A stretch of 64,000 nucleotides of DNA, taken from Octopus vulgaris (lineage: Eukaryota). The DNA lies in NCBI GenBank assembly GCA_951406725.2, contig OX597823.1, positions 95,232,001 to 95,296,000 on the forward strand, in the 5' to 3' direction. The notes under the pieces were generated by a model that made no database searches, was not told the origin of the DNA, and saw nothing but the letters and a program-made list of their open reading frames with translations. Made by a program: the position numbers and the translations under genes. Below, piece by piece: positions 1-12,774 of the stretch; position 1 is the first letter of the stretch, and each line of letters starts with the position of its first letter.

Positions 1-674
1 AAAGAAAAATTGAAATACATGGAATTTAACTTTCAAAATATCACCACTTTTACAAAGTGGCCATCACCACCAACTGGCAGCATTCTGAAGGACTCGAAAT
101 ACAGCACCATGTAGTTTTTTCTAATAAAAAGATATGAGCTTCCAGATGTGATATTTTGAACGTTTAATTTAATCTATTTCGAATTTTAATGATTATAAGG
201 GCATCTATTTACTTCAGTCATGTCTGTGTATATATAATTTAAATACATATACATAGATACATAGATACACGTTCATAGACACCTACATAGATATAGGGGC
301 AAGTGTATTAAATACAAAAATTACAAATAAAATGCATTCAGCCATTGAGGTAGACTGTGTATCTATATACATTATGCCCCCCCACACACACACGCTCACA
401 CTCACACGCTCACACACACACATACACTTTATCTCCTTGTCTTTTCTTTCCCCTTCTCCTCCCAGACAACACCCAATCTCAAACTCTGGTCTTTCACTCA
501 CATTCCGCCCCTTCTCCCCATACCACCACTTACACTGAAACAGATATTCTCACTTGCACACCTGATACAAATATTACATGTATGAAATGAGATACAGATA
601 CTCACAAACAGGCGCAGACACATTTAGAAATTGCTTGAAGCAGACGACACATTTGTTCTGAGAGGTTGTTCACC

Positions 675-817
675 ATGGACTACGAAGAAGTGATTGGGAC
701 AATTGGAGGATGTGGACTTTATCAGAAACTGATGCTAGCTTTCCTCTTCTCTTCAACCATTATGGATGGTTTACAAGTTGGAAGCATGGTTTTTATTGTA
801 CCTGACTTAGATTACAG
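675..817 (+). CDS. SLC22 exon 1 (MDYEEVIGTIGGCGLYQKLMLAFLF...VPDLDYR)
   Basis: Kozak-like caccATGg; the N-terminus fits the SLC22 pattern (M.....IG..G.YQ); donor AG|gtaagc, phase 2. Confidence 0.9.
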
Positions 818-2090
818 GTAAGCTTATAATAATGATTTCTTCTTATTATTATTATGTAGTCCAGGTAGGTGGTTGAAATGGTTGTGCTTCAAAACAAAAA
901 TTACTTGAGACATTTTTTCTTCTATTGTTTGGGGTTAAACACCTTTCTCACTCCAACACCCATATCATGGGTTTACGTACCTGAAATCTTTACACTTGAT
1001 TTCATCGACCTTTTGAGATAACCCCTGTATATTCTCTGCCCATAATTCAAGGAAGGGCCATGAGGGCAGAGTCCTCAGGTGCCTCACCGATATGATCCTA
1101 TCAGAAGCAACTTACTAAATCTCCTTCCCTGGTACCTAGTCATAGACTTGAAGAGGGAGGCTCAACAAGGAGATTACCCTACAATTAGAGCCCTCTCTTT
1201 TGTCTCCCTTTTTTAAAACTCTTTCAGACACCAATCAATATATTACTAAGGATGTAGTGTCATTGATTTAATCAAGGGTACTCTCATCCCTTATTCCAGA
1301 ATTCCTGATTTTTATTTTTCTGTCTTTTACTTGTTTCAATCATTGGACTGCAGCCATTGGCTTTCAATTTCTGGGGTCAAGTACTGGGATTTAAGCCCCT
1401 AACCCTCAAATTTCTGTGCCTTTTGTTAGAATCGATTATTATTTGGTTTGTGGTTTCGCAGAATTCTTAGGGAACTGGACAAAATAATTTGTGGTATTTA
1501 GTTACAGTTGCTTACATTCTGAGTTCAAACGCCATCAAAGTCACCTTTACCTTTCATTCTTTATAGGGACAACAGAATGAAATTTTTGGCTTTGACTTTC
1601 TTCCCCTATTTTGGTGGGGAGGGGCGATAAAATGAGTAGCAGTTGAGAACGGTGGGGGAATGGTGGGCGGTGTCAATGTAATCGACTCATCCCCTCCCCT
1701 GAAATTGCAGGCCTTGTGCCAGAACTTGAAACCAATATTATACTGGGTCTGGTTTAACAGAGTAATCCCCTCTCTCCCGTGAATTTACATCATTGTCCCT
1801 TCGTTAGAAATGATTGAATATTATTTAATTATTGACTAGGGATGCTGAACTTCTGGTTCTTTACACTGTGGGATGAAATCCCACTTTGGTCTACGTTGTC
1901 TTTCACTCTTCAGGCGTCAACGACAAAATATTATTCCATTCACATACAGGGGTCAATGCCCAACCCCGAAATTTGATGTTTTTTTCTATTCTAGAAACAA
2001 TTCCTACAATGGCAGCGACCAGCAAAATCTGTGGAACATTGGAGAAAATGTTTGCAGTATTTTCCGATGCCTCTTCATGTTCTGAGTATA

Positions 2091-2412
2091 GGCATGGGGC
2101 TTAGTGGTGAGGCAATTCAGCTCATGATAAGTGGGTCGGGAGATCAATTCCCTGCAGTGCATTATGTCCTTGAGCAAGACACTTTATTTCACGTAGCTCC
2201 AGTCCACTCTGTTTGCAAAAACGAGTTGTACCTGTAATTAAAAGGTGCCAGCCTTGTCACAGTTTGTATGTCATGCTAAATCTCCCTGTAAACTATGTGA
2301 AAGGTACGAATGTCTGCGGAGAACTCAGCCACGTGCACGTTAATTTCATGAACAGGCTGTTCCATTAATTATATCAGCTGGAACCCTCGTTGCCATAATC
2401 TACAGTGTGCCA
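2091..2412 (+). mobile_element. Decayed tRNA-derived SINE (same family as 23314-23697)
   Basis: Degenerate A/B boxes; body shared with the 23.3-kb copy (ttgtacctgta...ccttgtcac...ctcagccac...ttaatttcatga). Confidence 0.7.
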
Positions 2413-2544
2413 GTTTTTTCTTTTTTCTTTTTTTTCTGGGGGGGGGGTCACGCTCTTATTCCAAATTTAACAAACTGGATTCTAGTGCAGAGTGAGGAAA
2501 TTCCAGCCGTGTCTTTTATAAGAAGCGTCGTTGCTGTTAAAAGT

Positions 2545-3163
2545 ATCCTTCTCTACTCTAGGCACATGGCACGAAATTAGGGGGGGGGGGCACTTGTCGA
2601 TTAGATCAACCACAGTATGCAATTGGTACTTAATTTATTGACCCCGAAAGGATGAAAAGCAAAGTCAACCTCGGCGGAATTTGAACTCAGAACGTAAAGA
2701 CAGACGAAATACCACTAAGCATTTCACCCTGCGTGCTAACGTTTCTTATTTCTTTATTGCCCACAAGGGGCTAAACATAAAGGGGAGAAACAAGGACATA
2801 CAAAAGGTTTAAGTCGATTACATCGACACCAGTGTGTAACTAGTACTTAATTTATCGACCCCGAAAGGATGAAAGGCAAAGTCGACCTCGGCGGAATTTG
2901 AACTCAGAACATAACGGCAGACGAAATACCTATTTCTTTAGTACCCACAAGTGGCTAAACACAGAGAGGACAAACAAGGACAGACAAAGGGTTTAAGTCG
3001 ATTACATCGACACCAGTGTGCAACTGGTACTTATTTCATCGACTCCGAAAGGATGAAAGGCAAAGTCGACCTCGGCGGAATTTGAACTCAGAACGGAGCG
3101 GCAGACGAAATATCGGTAAGCATTTCTCCCGGAGTGCTAACGTTTCTGCCAGCTCGCCGCCTT
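2545..3163 (-). mobile_element. tRNA-derived SINE with three tandem ~200-bp overlapping copies
   Basis: The block ccgaaaggatgaaa(g/a)gcaaagtc(g/a)acctcggcggaatttgaactcagaac occurs three times; the head ggcggcgagctggcagaaacgttagca is on the minus strand. Confidence 0.8.
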
Positions 3164-5397
3164 GCTGCTAGAAATATGAAATCACAGAAAACACAATTCA
3201 AAATCGCAATATGAAATAAGAGCAGATATAAACGTAGGTTGGTTGGTTCAGTGGAGAGGAAATAAAAAATTAAAGAAATTGAAAATGCCTGAGACCTAAA
3301 GCCTTGCTGTTTGTTATTACTAGAAAAATGCTAAATTTTTGCTCAGATCAGTCACACATTAATGTTTATTTCTCATAAATTGGTGTATATTTAATTTACA
3401 TTCAATTATTATTTACGATTATTTAAGGCAAATACTGGTAAAACGCAAATTCTTTTCATTTTAATCTCTTTAAAGTAAACAAAATCAAAAATTTAAAGGG
3501 GGAGAGGTGGCAGGGTGAAATTAAATTAAATTGATCCCCGACATCTAATACATAGGAATCCGAAAAAAGTTTTTAATGCATTTTTCAAGGAGAGGAGCGA
3601 TTTTGCATTTGTCCCTACATTTATATATATACGACGGGGTTCTTTCAGTTTCCATCTACCGAATCCACACAACCATGCCTGCGCTATGTAATATATAAAC
3701 AAATGGCAACGGATGGATAATAGTTCATTCACTATACCTGTTTCCAATAAGTCTCTTTTTTTTCACTGAAGAATAGAGATATTACATCATGCGTAAATCC
3801 GTTTTTATCTGGTGAAGATACACGAATTACATATTCGAAAAACACGCTCCAAAAACACTGGTCAAAAGAATGAATTCTCTTGTGCAATTAATACTTAATA
3901 TAGGAAAAACATTACGGCGACATGAAGTGGTGGGGAGAGCATTTATAGCAGAAGGAAGGTTAGAAGAAAGGGTGTAATATTATTCGGTTCACCTTCTAAA
4001 AGACAAAGCCATTTTATTTTATCTAGAATCTTTAAGAGACAGAGTTCTAGACAATGGACTTTAAAAGATATTGAGAGAGGTGAATGGCGGAGGATACAAA
4101 ATAGGGGCTGAGACCTTGATATCATGTTCTGAGATATGGTTAACTTATTTTTATGTCTTTGTGTTGCAAGATTTAACAACACAGCCTCTCTTCTAAGATA
4201 GAGTCATCATTTTGTTTATTTTTATTTTTGTTTTCTTCAAATAGTTGCAGGACCAAGTTCAAAAGAAAAGAACCTTAAAATATGGAGAATGGAGGTGGGT
4301 AGGAGATGAGGAGGGAGATGGTTTATTTACATATATAGAGAGAGGAAGAAAGCGTATATAGTTGGACTAAGAATTTATCTTTTTTACATATATATATAGT
4401 TGGACTAAGAATTTATTTTTTTGTTCAGATTTGGAATTCATTCATGCTTCATATAATACCATAAAAGGTATGTAGGGCATTTATTTTTATTTTATTTCTA
4501 TTTTATTTCATTATACTTTTTTCAGTGAACTTCTTTTTCATCGTGTGATATCAGGTTTTCGCTATCTTTTCTTCTTCTTATGCAATATTCTCTTTCAAAT
4601 ACACATCTCGGTCAATAAAAGTAACTTGTTTAAATGAGGTTTCTGTTACAAATCGTTGTTGCGCATGCGTGAGGGTGTGTGTTTAAATGCATATATTCAC
4701 ACATACGCACACACAGTGCTTAAGTAGTTATGGCCTAGAAAAAATAATAGTATTTAAGAGCTCAGTTGTTTAACGAGTAATTTCAGTGCAAAATCAGTAG
4801 CTGACATGATATTGCATAAGGTTTAAGATTTGATTAAAGGCAGAATATTAGGATGAATGGAAAAGAAAAGATCTCATTGATATTTCCAAATTTTCATTTT
4901 GTTTACGGTTGTTCCTGTGATTCACACAAAGACATTGTCAACTATTTAATTGTTAATTATATTTATTAAATTCATTTACTCGAATGTGACGTGGAAGTCA
5001 TTTCATCAGAAACGTTTTTGTGATATGGAAATATGGCTCATCTGGAAAAGCAGCCTAGACCCCGCTACATGTCTAAATTCAAGACCTGAACTTTTGGATC
5101 ATGCCCACACATGACTAAATACTTGTTACGTTTTTGGTCCCCCCCCAAGATCACAAATGGAACCTGCTTTTTATATTGTGTCCACCACGTAAAAGCATTT
5201 TATCTCTCTATATTTTTGATAGATTTATTACATATTCTTATATATATTTTTATTGCTTTATATATTACCTTTCACCTTGAATTTTTTGTCCATGTGCGTA
5301 TATAGACGTGCATATGAACAGATTTGTGCGCGTATGGGTATATATACGTGTGTGTGTATGGTGTGTGCGTGTATATATACGTGTACGTGTGTATGGT

Positions 5398-5435
<38 letters not shown>

Positions 5436-5798
5436 AGTGTGAGTGAGCGTATGCTTATATAGCAAATGCTGATTTAAACGTGTATATGAATATAATTATT
5501 CGCGTATGGCTATGTGTACGTGTATGTTTATGCGTGTGTGTGGGTGTGCATGTATGTGTTTCACACGAGTGTGAGTGAGCATTTGCATATAGGCACATGT
5601 ACGTGTGTGTGCGTGCACGCATGTGTATATATGTACATGCGCGCATACACAACTTCTATGAGCACTTTTTACTTTCTCCTCGGGGTTTTCCCTTTTCTTA
5701 ACGGTCATTCAAATAGCTCTGGTTTGTCTTAATAATGGTCATTAACATAGTAATTTTCCTTTGTTTAACGGTCATTGTCATAGCATTTTTGTTTGTCT

Positions 5799-5861
5799 TA
5801 ATAACTGACGAGATGCCGGAGCAGACTACTGCCCCGACATCCGAAACTCGGAGTTTTATTA
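5799..5861 (+). ncRNA. Type I hammerhead ribozyme-like motif
   Basis: taataa-CTGACGA-gatgccggagcag(acta)ctgccccgacatc-c-GAAAC-tcgga-GTT-ttatta: 6-bp stem I, long stem II, quasi-palindromic stem III. Confidence 0.7.
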
Positions 5862-6041
5862 TGGCAACCGAATAATTGTCACATATTATATTACAGATAA
5901 ATTCCACTATTTACATAATATCGAGGTCTCATTCATTCTTTTGTTGCCATACTATTACCATTAATATATATATAACATTTATATTTCGTTTTTGGATTTG
6001 GATTGCAAGATTATTTATATGAGTTCGTGTGTTGAAGCATA

Positions 6042-6167
6042 TTCTGTTGTGTCTGGGGGGAGTAATTTTCTTTTTGTGCCTTATAATTTAACCTAACACA
6101 CTCACCGGTGAGTGCGTTAAATTACAAGGCACAAAAAGAAAATGACTCTCTCCAGACACAACAGAAA
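6042..6167. repeat. Imperfect ~125-bp foldback centred on ctcaccggtgag
   Basis: ttctgttgtgtctgg...tttttgtgcctt pairs with aaggcacaaaaag...ccagacacaacagaa. Confidence 0.8.
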
Positions 6168-6209
6168 GTAACATTATTATTTAATTAAACGCCACGCATC
6201 CACTTCCAA

Positions 6210-6245
<36 letters not shown>

Positions 6246-6764
6246 CACATACATGCACACCCACACACACGCCTATATGTGCACATATATATGCAACCAT
6301 ATACATATCCACACACACACACACGTACACACCCATTTGTATATATTTATGTTTTGCCTATATATGTCTGTATTTGTATGTAGCCATGTACCTACGTCTG
6401 TATTTTTGGCGTATAGATTTAGCGTGAAGTTTTTGAACGGATATATCTTTTAATTTATTAATTTATCATTATTTACACAGTTAATTATTTACCTTGGGTA
6501 TTCAGGCCTTTTCCCTTCTTCATAAGCTATTTTTGATTTTAATATGATTTTAAACTGCAATTTGTTATTTCATGCAACCGGTTATGGAAAAGACCGTTAG
6601 CTTAAAGGACTAATGAAACAAAACCATTTTCAAATGTGTATCAGTCAAAGTAATTGTATTTCTGCATATAGCTTAATCTTGCTCCATTCTAAACAAAATT
6701 GTCCGACGAACGGGAACGGGTTTTGTAATATTTTTACTGCTTTTTAATAAAGCATATTACATAA

Positions 6765-7692
6765 TTGGCCCCTTTCGTCTATGCAGACGGTCAATTTAGC
6801 TTAGAGGTCACTTAATCGAACATATCAGGGGCTCCCCTTTCTTGCAGCTTCTTTCATGGCTGATTCTTCCTATGATTGAAGTGCAGATTCTGTCACAGTA
6901 CTTGCATACCAAGAAGGTGGCTCGGCGCTCGGCATTTCTGTTGTTTTCCTTTCACCGCTGACGCTTCTCAACTTGTTAGTTTCTGTAGCAACTCTCCAGC
7001 GAAGCAGTTCCTTCCTTCACCACAGTCCTCCATGTTGTTCTGTCCTCGGCCCTCTCTTCCCAGGTGCTGACATCCACCTCACAAATGGACAAACTAGCTT
7101 TGCAAGTGTCCTTATACCTCAGTTTTGGTCTTCCTCTTGGTCTCCTGCCCTGGACCAATTCTCCATAGAGCAGTTGCTTCGGGATTCGACGGTCAGCTAT
7201 TCTCCTGATATGCCCCACCCACCTCAGTCTTCTCATACACAAGATAGCTGTCATGCTTTGAAGATTCGCCTGCACCAGCACTTCAACATTAGTGACCTTG
7301 TCGCGCCATGTTAGGCCTAAGATCTTGCGGAGGCATCTCAAATGGAAAATGCCGAGGCGCCTTTCCTGTCCGCTGTACAAGGTTCAAGTTTCAGATCCAT
7401 AGAGGAGTGTGCTGAGAACACATGCTTCATAAATCCTGATCTCTGTCTTGATGTCTAATTTCTTGTTGCTCCCTTCCAAAAGTTGTTGCTGCCTTCCCTA
7501 TCCTGACATTAATATCATCATCAAGTGAAGTAGTAGAGGAAATGGTAGACCCTAGATAGCAGACCCTGTCCACTGTCTCAAGCTCTTTGTCATCAAGATT
7601 GATGTGGCCTTTCACTGCGCCCTCGTGAGTGAGAATGACTGTCTTCTTTACACGTTTGACCAAACCGAAGGCTTTGCATGCTGATGATAGGT
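6765..7692 (-). mobile_element. RTE-clade LINE, 3' RT fragment (decayed)
   Basis: YLGS, RIGKAATTFG and RRLRWVGHIRR...IPKQLLYGEL..GRRPRGRPKLRYKD in ORFs 7427-7663 and 6976-7380. Confidence 0.88.
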
Positions 7693-9140
7693 GGTTTATT
7701 GTTTTGGATTTTTTATACTTTTTAATTTAAAACATGGCAAAAAGTACGGATAAGATTGTAGAGTGGGAGATTGTCCCACCTAAGGAGTGGCTCAGACGGC
7801 AAGAGGAGAGGACGGTATGTTCAGAACGTATTCGAAGGTTCTCGACACCATTGCCGTCTTCTCCAAGCAGATGATTGAGCAAGAGTTGGCGTAACATCTG
7901 CCAACCATTAAGTATATCTCTAGGGGTGTCAAATATGCAACGGAGTGGTTGCTGTTTGACACCCCAGAGGAGGCTCGCAGTTTTGCGAGCCAGCCCCTTG
8001 AGGGTAAAGAAATTTTGTTTCTTCCCACTTATTGTGGGAAAAAATTGACGAGGGCTTGGGTCTGTGGTTTTCCACCCGGAATTGAAACCCAGCGGATAGA
8101 AGATACTATCTGTTGGGGTCTGGGTGACAATGGAGCCAGGCTCCCCAATGTGAAAATTCATCCTGCTTCTGATTGGGTTGGGTCAAAAGCTGTGGACCCA
8201 ATCAGCCATAAATCTGGTTATGCCAGATTTTTTGAAATGGCCGGGTGCAGGTACCCAGTGATTCTTGAGAGCTCAGGTGTCATCGGTGCCTGGAGCCTGG
8301 ACATATAAAGAAAAACTGTCCCCAGGAAACAGCGAAGTCCTGGAGCAGTCGACTGAGACCTCTGTAGAAAAAGGAACGAAGGCGGTCGAGGAGACGGAGG
8401 ACTCCTCAAAGAAGGGCCACAAGAAGAAGGTGAGCAACAATGGGTGCTCACCGAAGGATCCTAGGGATAAGAGAGGGAAGGCGAATCTCCTTGTCACAGA
8501 GGAGACGCAGCCTCACTCAGCTGATAGAAAAAAGAGGAAGAGTAAGAGAAACGGGACATTGCCGGCAGTCGGTGATACAACACCGGAATGTCCCGGAACC
8601 TTCCCGGTAGGGTTTGTGCCAGCGGCAGGGGAAGAGACACCGTTGGGGGGAATTGTGCCGTCATTGGTAGAATTGACTGCCTCGAACCCGGAGGAAGAGT
8701 AACTATTGGTCTCCTTCTACAGAGGCGGAGAGGTAGGAGAGGTGGTGAAAAAGCATCATAAGGGAATACTTTTAACCTTCATACAGGATCCCGAATGGCC
8801 TCCGCAGATAACTGTGGAGGTCATAACGTTTCTGTGAGGTATAGGCTGCAGGGACTCAATGAGGAATATAGCATGTGGCCGGGCGACACCGGTTCGGATC
8901 CTGGCTTGGTCTTGAATGAGGCGTGGGTGATGGCGGAGTATACGGGCACAAACGATGTTGGGGAGGAATAGTGACAAGAGGTTGAAAAGGCGCAGTGTTA
9001 TAATGTTTGTTATGTTTATTGCATGGTATTGTGTTGAAGAGGCTTAACGCCCCAATAGTCTTGAATGGACTATCGGTCTAATAATTGTAAAACGGAAGTA
9101 AGAGGTTCATTACCTCGTTTTGCTTTTTCTGTGAAAAAAC
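7693..9140 (+). mobile_element. Decayed LINE-ORF1/gag-like element with no ORF2 (copy 1)
   Basis: ATG at 7734; LPTYCGKKLTRAWVCGFPPGIE aligns by eye with LPSYCSKRVARVRVGKVPPELE of the 24.6-kb element; stops and frameshifts are present. Confidence 0.6.
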
Positions 9141-9289
9141 AAGAGAATAATGTTTTAGAGAAGCAAAAAATCGGTGGGAGTTTTTTTATCTTCTCCCATT
9201 AATATCCTTTTCATCATTCACCTCATCAATGTCTTTGCCCAGCCCGCAAGCTACTCTGCATCATGCCTTTATGGCAAAATTTTTGAAAT

Positions 9290-9431
9290 AAATTAGCTTG
9301 CTTACCAACCACATGGTTCTGTGTTCAGTCCCACCGTGTGGCCCCTTGGGCAAGTGTCTTCTACTATAGCCTCGAACCGACCAAAGCCATGTGATTGGAC
9401 TTGGTAAATGGAAACTGAAAGAAGCCAGTCT

Positions 9432-9497
<66 letters not shown>

Positions 9498-11310
9498 TGT
9501 GCGTGTGTGTGCGTGCGCATGTATATACAGTTGCGGCCAAAATGTTCAGAACGGCATTGTTTTCGTAAGAAAAGTAGATATAATTTTTTATCAAAGTTGT
9601 TTTATATTCTATAATTTTCACAGACAATAAATACAATATTATTTGTTATTGTCTGAGATTTTGGTGTAATTTGAGAGGATAATACAAAAGTTATGGATGA
9701 TTTAGTGATTTACTGCAAAACCCATTGCGGCCAAAATGATCAGAACGGTTGCTTTTACTCCATATTTTTGTATATTTAACCAGCGAACTCTAATGTTTTG
9801 AATTTGTTTACGTGGCGGTTCATCTACTAAACACACCTAAGAATATCTGCAGTGTAATTTGTTAATATAATGCCACTTACTCCATTACCAATTCGTCAGC
9901 AGATTATTAAGCTTCGAAAGAAGGATAATTTAAGTATTAGGTCTATTGCAAAGATTGTTAACAAGTCAAAAAGTGTTGTTCACGGTATTCTTAAGGTCTA
10001 CGATGATTGTGGTTCGTGTGAAGCAAGAAAGTCTACAAGTAGGCCAAGAAAAACGACCAAGAGAGAAGATCGTGCTATGGTAAAGTTGGTTAAAAAGGAG
10101 AGATTTAAAACTGCTGCTGCTGTTTCTCGGGAAATGAGCATTGCACTGAAGAAAACTTTATCTCGAAAAACTGTGTCTCGTCCTTTAGTTGAACATAACC
10201 TACAAGCAAGACCACCTGCAGTGAAGCCACTGATCAGCTCCAAGATCTTACCTTTGCAACCGAACATGTGTTGTGGTCTCAAGAAAAATGACAAATGGTG
10301 CATTTCAGTGATGAATCTAAGTCTATGTTATTTGGCTCAGATGGGAAAAGGTACGTTCGTCGAAAAGCAGGTGAAAAATTGTCGCCTAAATGCCTTAAGA
10401 CTAGTGTTAAATTCGGTGGAGAAAGTGTCATGGTTTGGGAGATGATATCTGGAGATGTTGTGGGCCCTTTGCTGCGATTACATAGAAAGGTAAATGTCTT
10501 GCCTGTGCTGAGAAATTCAACTAAGCGACCACCCATATTCATGCAGGACAATGCCCCATGTCACAAGGTTAAGGTGGTCATGAACTTCCTCAAGGCTGAA
10601 AAGGTTATTGTTATGGATTGGCCTGCTCAAAGCCCAGACCTCAATCCTATTAAAAATGTGTGGAATATTCTAGGAGAACGTTTGAAAGCCAGAAATCCTA
10701 AAACAACCGAGCAATTATGGAATGCCCTTCAGGAAGAATGGAATAAGATCACCCAGCAAGAAATTGAAAATTTAATTTCCCCATGCAGTCGAAAATGTCA
10801 AACTTTGATTGAAGCTAAAGGGCTTCACACTAAATATGAAATAATTCCAGCATTCTCTGTCACTTTTTGATTATTTTGTTATTTTTTCAACCGTTCTGAT
10901 CATTGTGGCCACCATGGGTTTTGCAGTAAATCACTATATCATCCATAACGTTTGTACTATCCACTGAAATTACACAAAAATCTCAGACAATACCAATTAA
11001 TATCGTATTTATTGTCTGTGAAAATAGAATATAAAACAACTTTAGTAAAAACTTATACCTACTTTTCTGACAAAAACAATGCCGTTCTGAACATTTTGGC
11101 CGCAACTGTGTATGTTTGTGTGTATGTGTTTGTCTCCACCATCACTTGATAAGCCATATTGGTGCATCTACGTCCCCGATAGAGACCGATAGAATAAGTA
11201 CTAGGCATACAAGGGATAAGTCCTAGGGTCGAATTGTTCAACTATAGGCGGTGCTCCAGCATGGCCGCACTTAAATGACTGAAACAAATGAAATAATAAA
11301 AGAATAAAAG
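9290..11310 (+). mobile_element. tRNA-derived SINE split by the Tc1 insertion (head ~9290-9430, tail ~11110-11310)
   Basis: Head ccaaccacatggttctg..ttcagtccca and tail ggcggtgctccagcatggccgca..tgactgaaac both match other SINE copies in the window. Confidence 0.7.
9528..11108 (+). mobile_element. Tc1-family DNA transposon, IR/DR type, with frameshifted transposase (9870-10870)
   Basis: ~220-bp TIRs starting cagttgcggccaaaatgttcagaacgg, with an inner direct repeat; TA on the left; HTH region, FSDES, QDNAPCH and SPDLNPIKNVW (catalytic E changed to K). Confidence 0.93.
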
Positions 11311-11342
11311 AAATATATATATATATGAAGCTTAGAAGTGGC

Positions 11343-11374
<32 letters not shown>

Positions 11375-11382
11375 GTGTGTGT

Positions 11383-11582
11383 GTGACCTCGTGTGTACCG
11401 TTGGCGATTTATTTTTCCTCTGTCTGCCCTTCTCTGGCTCTTTCCTTCTATGTTTCCGACGAAGAGCTCCGCTCGAAACGTTATACTCTCCTTCTTTCCT
11501 TCTTTCCTGAGCGTCCAATTCAACTATATTTGTTCCACGTCCTCGCGTTGTTGTGTTTTTTTTTGTGCTTTCTTGTTTGGAT

Positions 11583-11587
<5 letters not shown>
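11383..11587 (+). mobile_element. ~205-bp non-coding repeat with an HHR-like motif (11452-11486), copy 1
   Basis: Near-identical inverted copy at 43568-43773; gttt-CCGACGA-a-gagc(tcc)gctc-GAAAC-GTT; flanked by microsatellites. Confidence 0.75.
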
Positions 11588-11649
<62 letters not shown>

Positions 11650-11867
11650 TAACAATATAGGATGAAGTCCCTTTCTCTACAGAAAAGGATTCCATCAAAA
11701 AGCGTGGCAGTATATTAAAAAAACCTTTACGGTTGAAGTATAAACATCTTATAATTAAGGGCTAAAGAAGGTTATTCTAAAGCCAATATCCACTTATAAT
11801 CCACTTGTTACAGGAAAATTGAACTGAAAGCGGGCAACTAACCTTTAGAAAATTTAAATTTCGTTAT

Positions 11868-11928
11868 CTCTATATTGAATCAATTTCGGAATTAATCTCT
11901 ATAAAGGATACATTCTTCTTCAGTAGAG
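11868..11928 (-). ncRNA. Type I hammerhead ribozyme motif, intact core
   Basis: Minus strand: ctcta-CTGAAGA-a-gaat...attc-c-GAAA-ttgattca-ATA-tagag; 5-bp stem I, quasi-palindromic stem III attga/tcaat, AUA triplet. Confidence 0.78.
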
Positions 11929-12585
11929 CTTACGAGGGAATATAAATAAAATACTCACATGTGATCATGGAAAAAGCAGAAGCTAAAAACACAACTACAT
12001 TTAAGTACATCATTTATATCTAAAAAATAAAAATTCCTTGGTCAGTCTCAGAACAACGTGTTGACCTATCGCCGCTACATATTGTAATGGTTACCGGTCC
12101 CCTTGTAACAAGCAGTGAGTTTACTACTAACAATATAGGATGAAGTCCCTTTCTCTACAGAAAAGGATTCCATCAAAAAGCGTGGCAGTATATTGAAAAA
12201 ACCTTTTAATTTTCCTGTAACAAGTGGATTATAAGTAGATAAATCAGTGTATTGGCTTTAGAATAACCTTCTTTAGCCCTTAATTATAAAATGTTTATAC
12301 TTCAACCGTAAAGGTTTTTTTAATATACTGCCACGCTTTTGATGGAATCCTTTTCTGTAGAGAAAGGGACTTCATCCTATATTGTTAGTAGTAAACTCAC
12401 TGCTTGTTACAAGGGGACCGGTAACCATTACAATATGTAGCGGCGATAGGTCAACACGTTGTTCTGAGACTGACCAAGGAATTTTTATTTTTATATATAA
12501 ATGATGTACTTAAATGTAGTTGTGTTTTTAGCTTCTGCTTTTTCCATGATCACATGTGAGTATTTTATTTATATTCCCTCGTAAG

Positions 12586-12646
12586 CTCTACTAAAGAAGA
12601 ATGTATCCTTTATAGAGATTAATTCCGAAATTGATTCAATATAGAG
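12586..12646 (+). ncRNA. Second copy of the same hammerhead, core mutated (CTAAAGA, G5 to A)
   Basis: Identical to the 11868-11928 motif except G to A in the CUGA turn. Confidence 0.65.
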
Positions 12647-12774
12647 ATAACAAAATTTAAATTTTCTAAAGGTTAGTTGCCCGCTTTCAGTTCAATTTTC
12701 CTGTAACAAGTGGATTATAAGAGGATAAATCAGTGTATTGGCTTTAGAATAACCTTCTTTAGCCCTTAATTATA

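Noticed and set aside
1-200. Degenerate inverted repeat with ctgaagga...gaaat
   Set aside because: It does not fit hammerhead spacing or pairing; probably an old MITE cut by the window edge.
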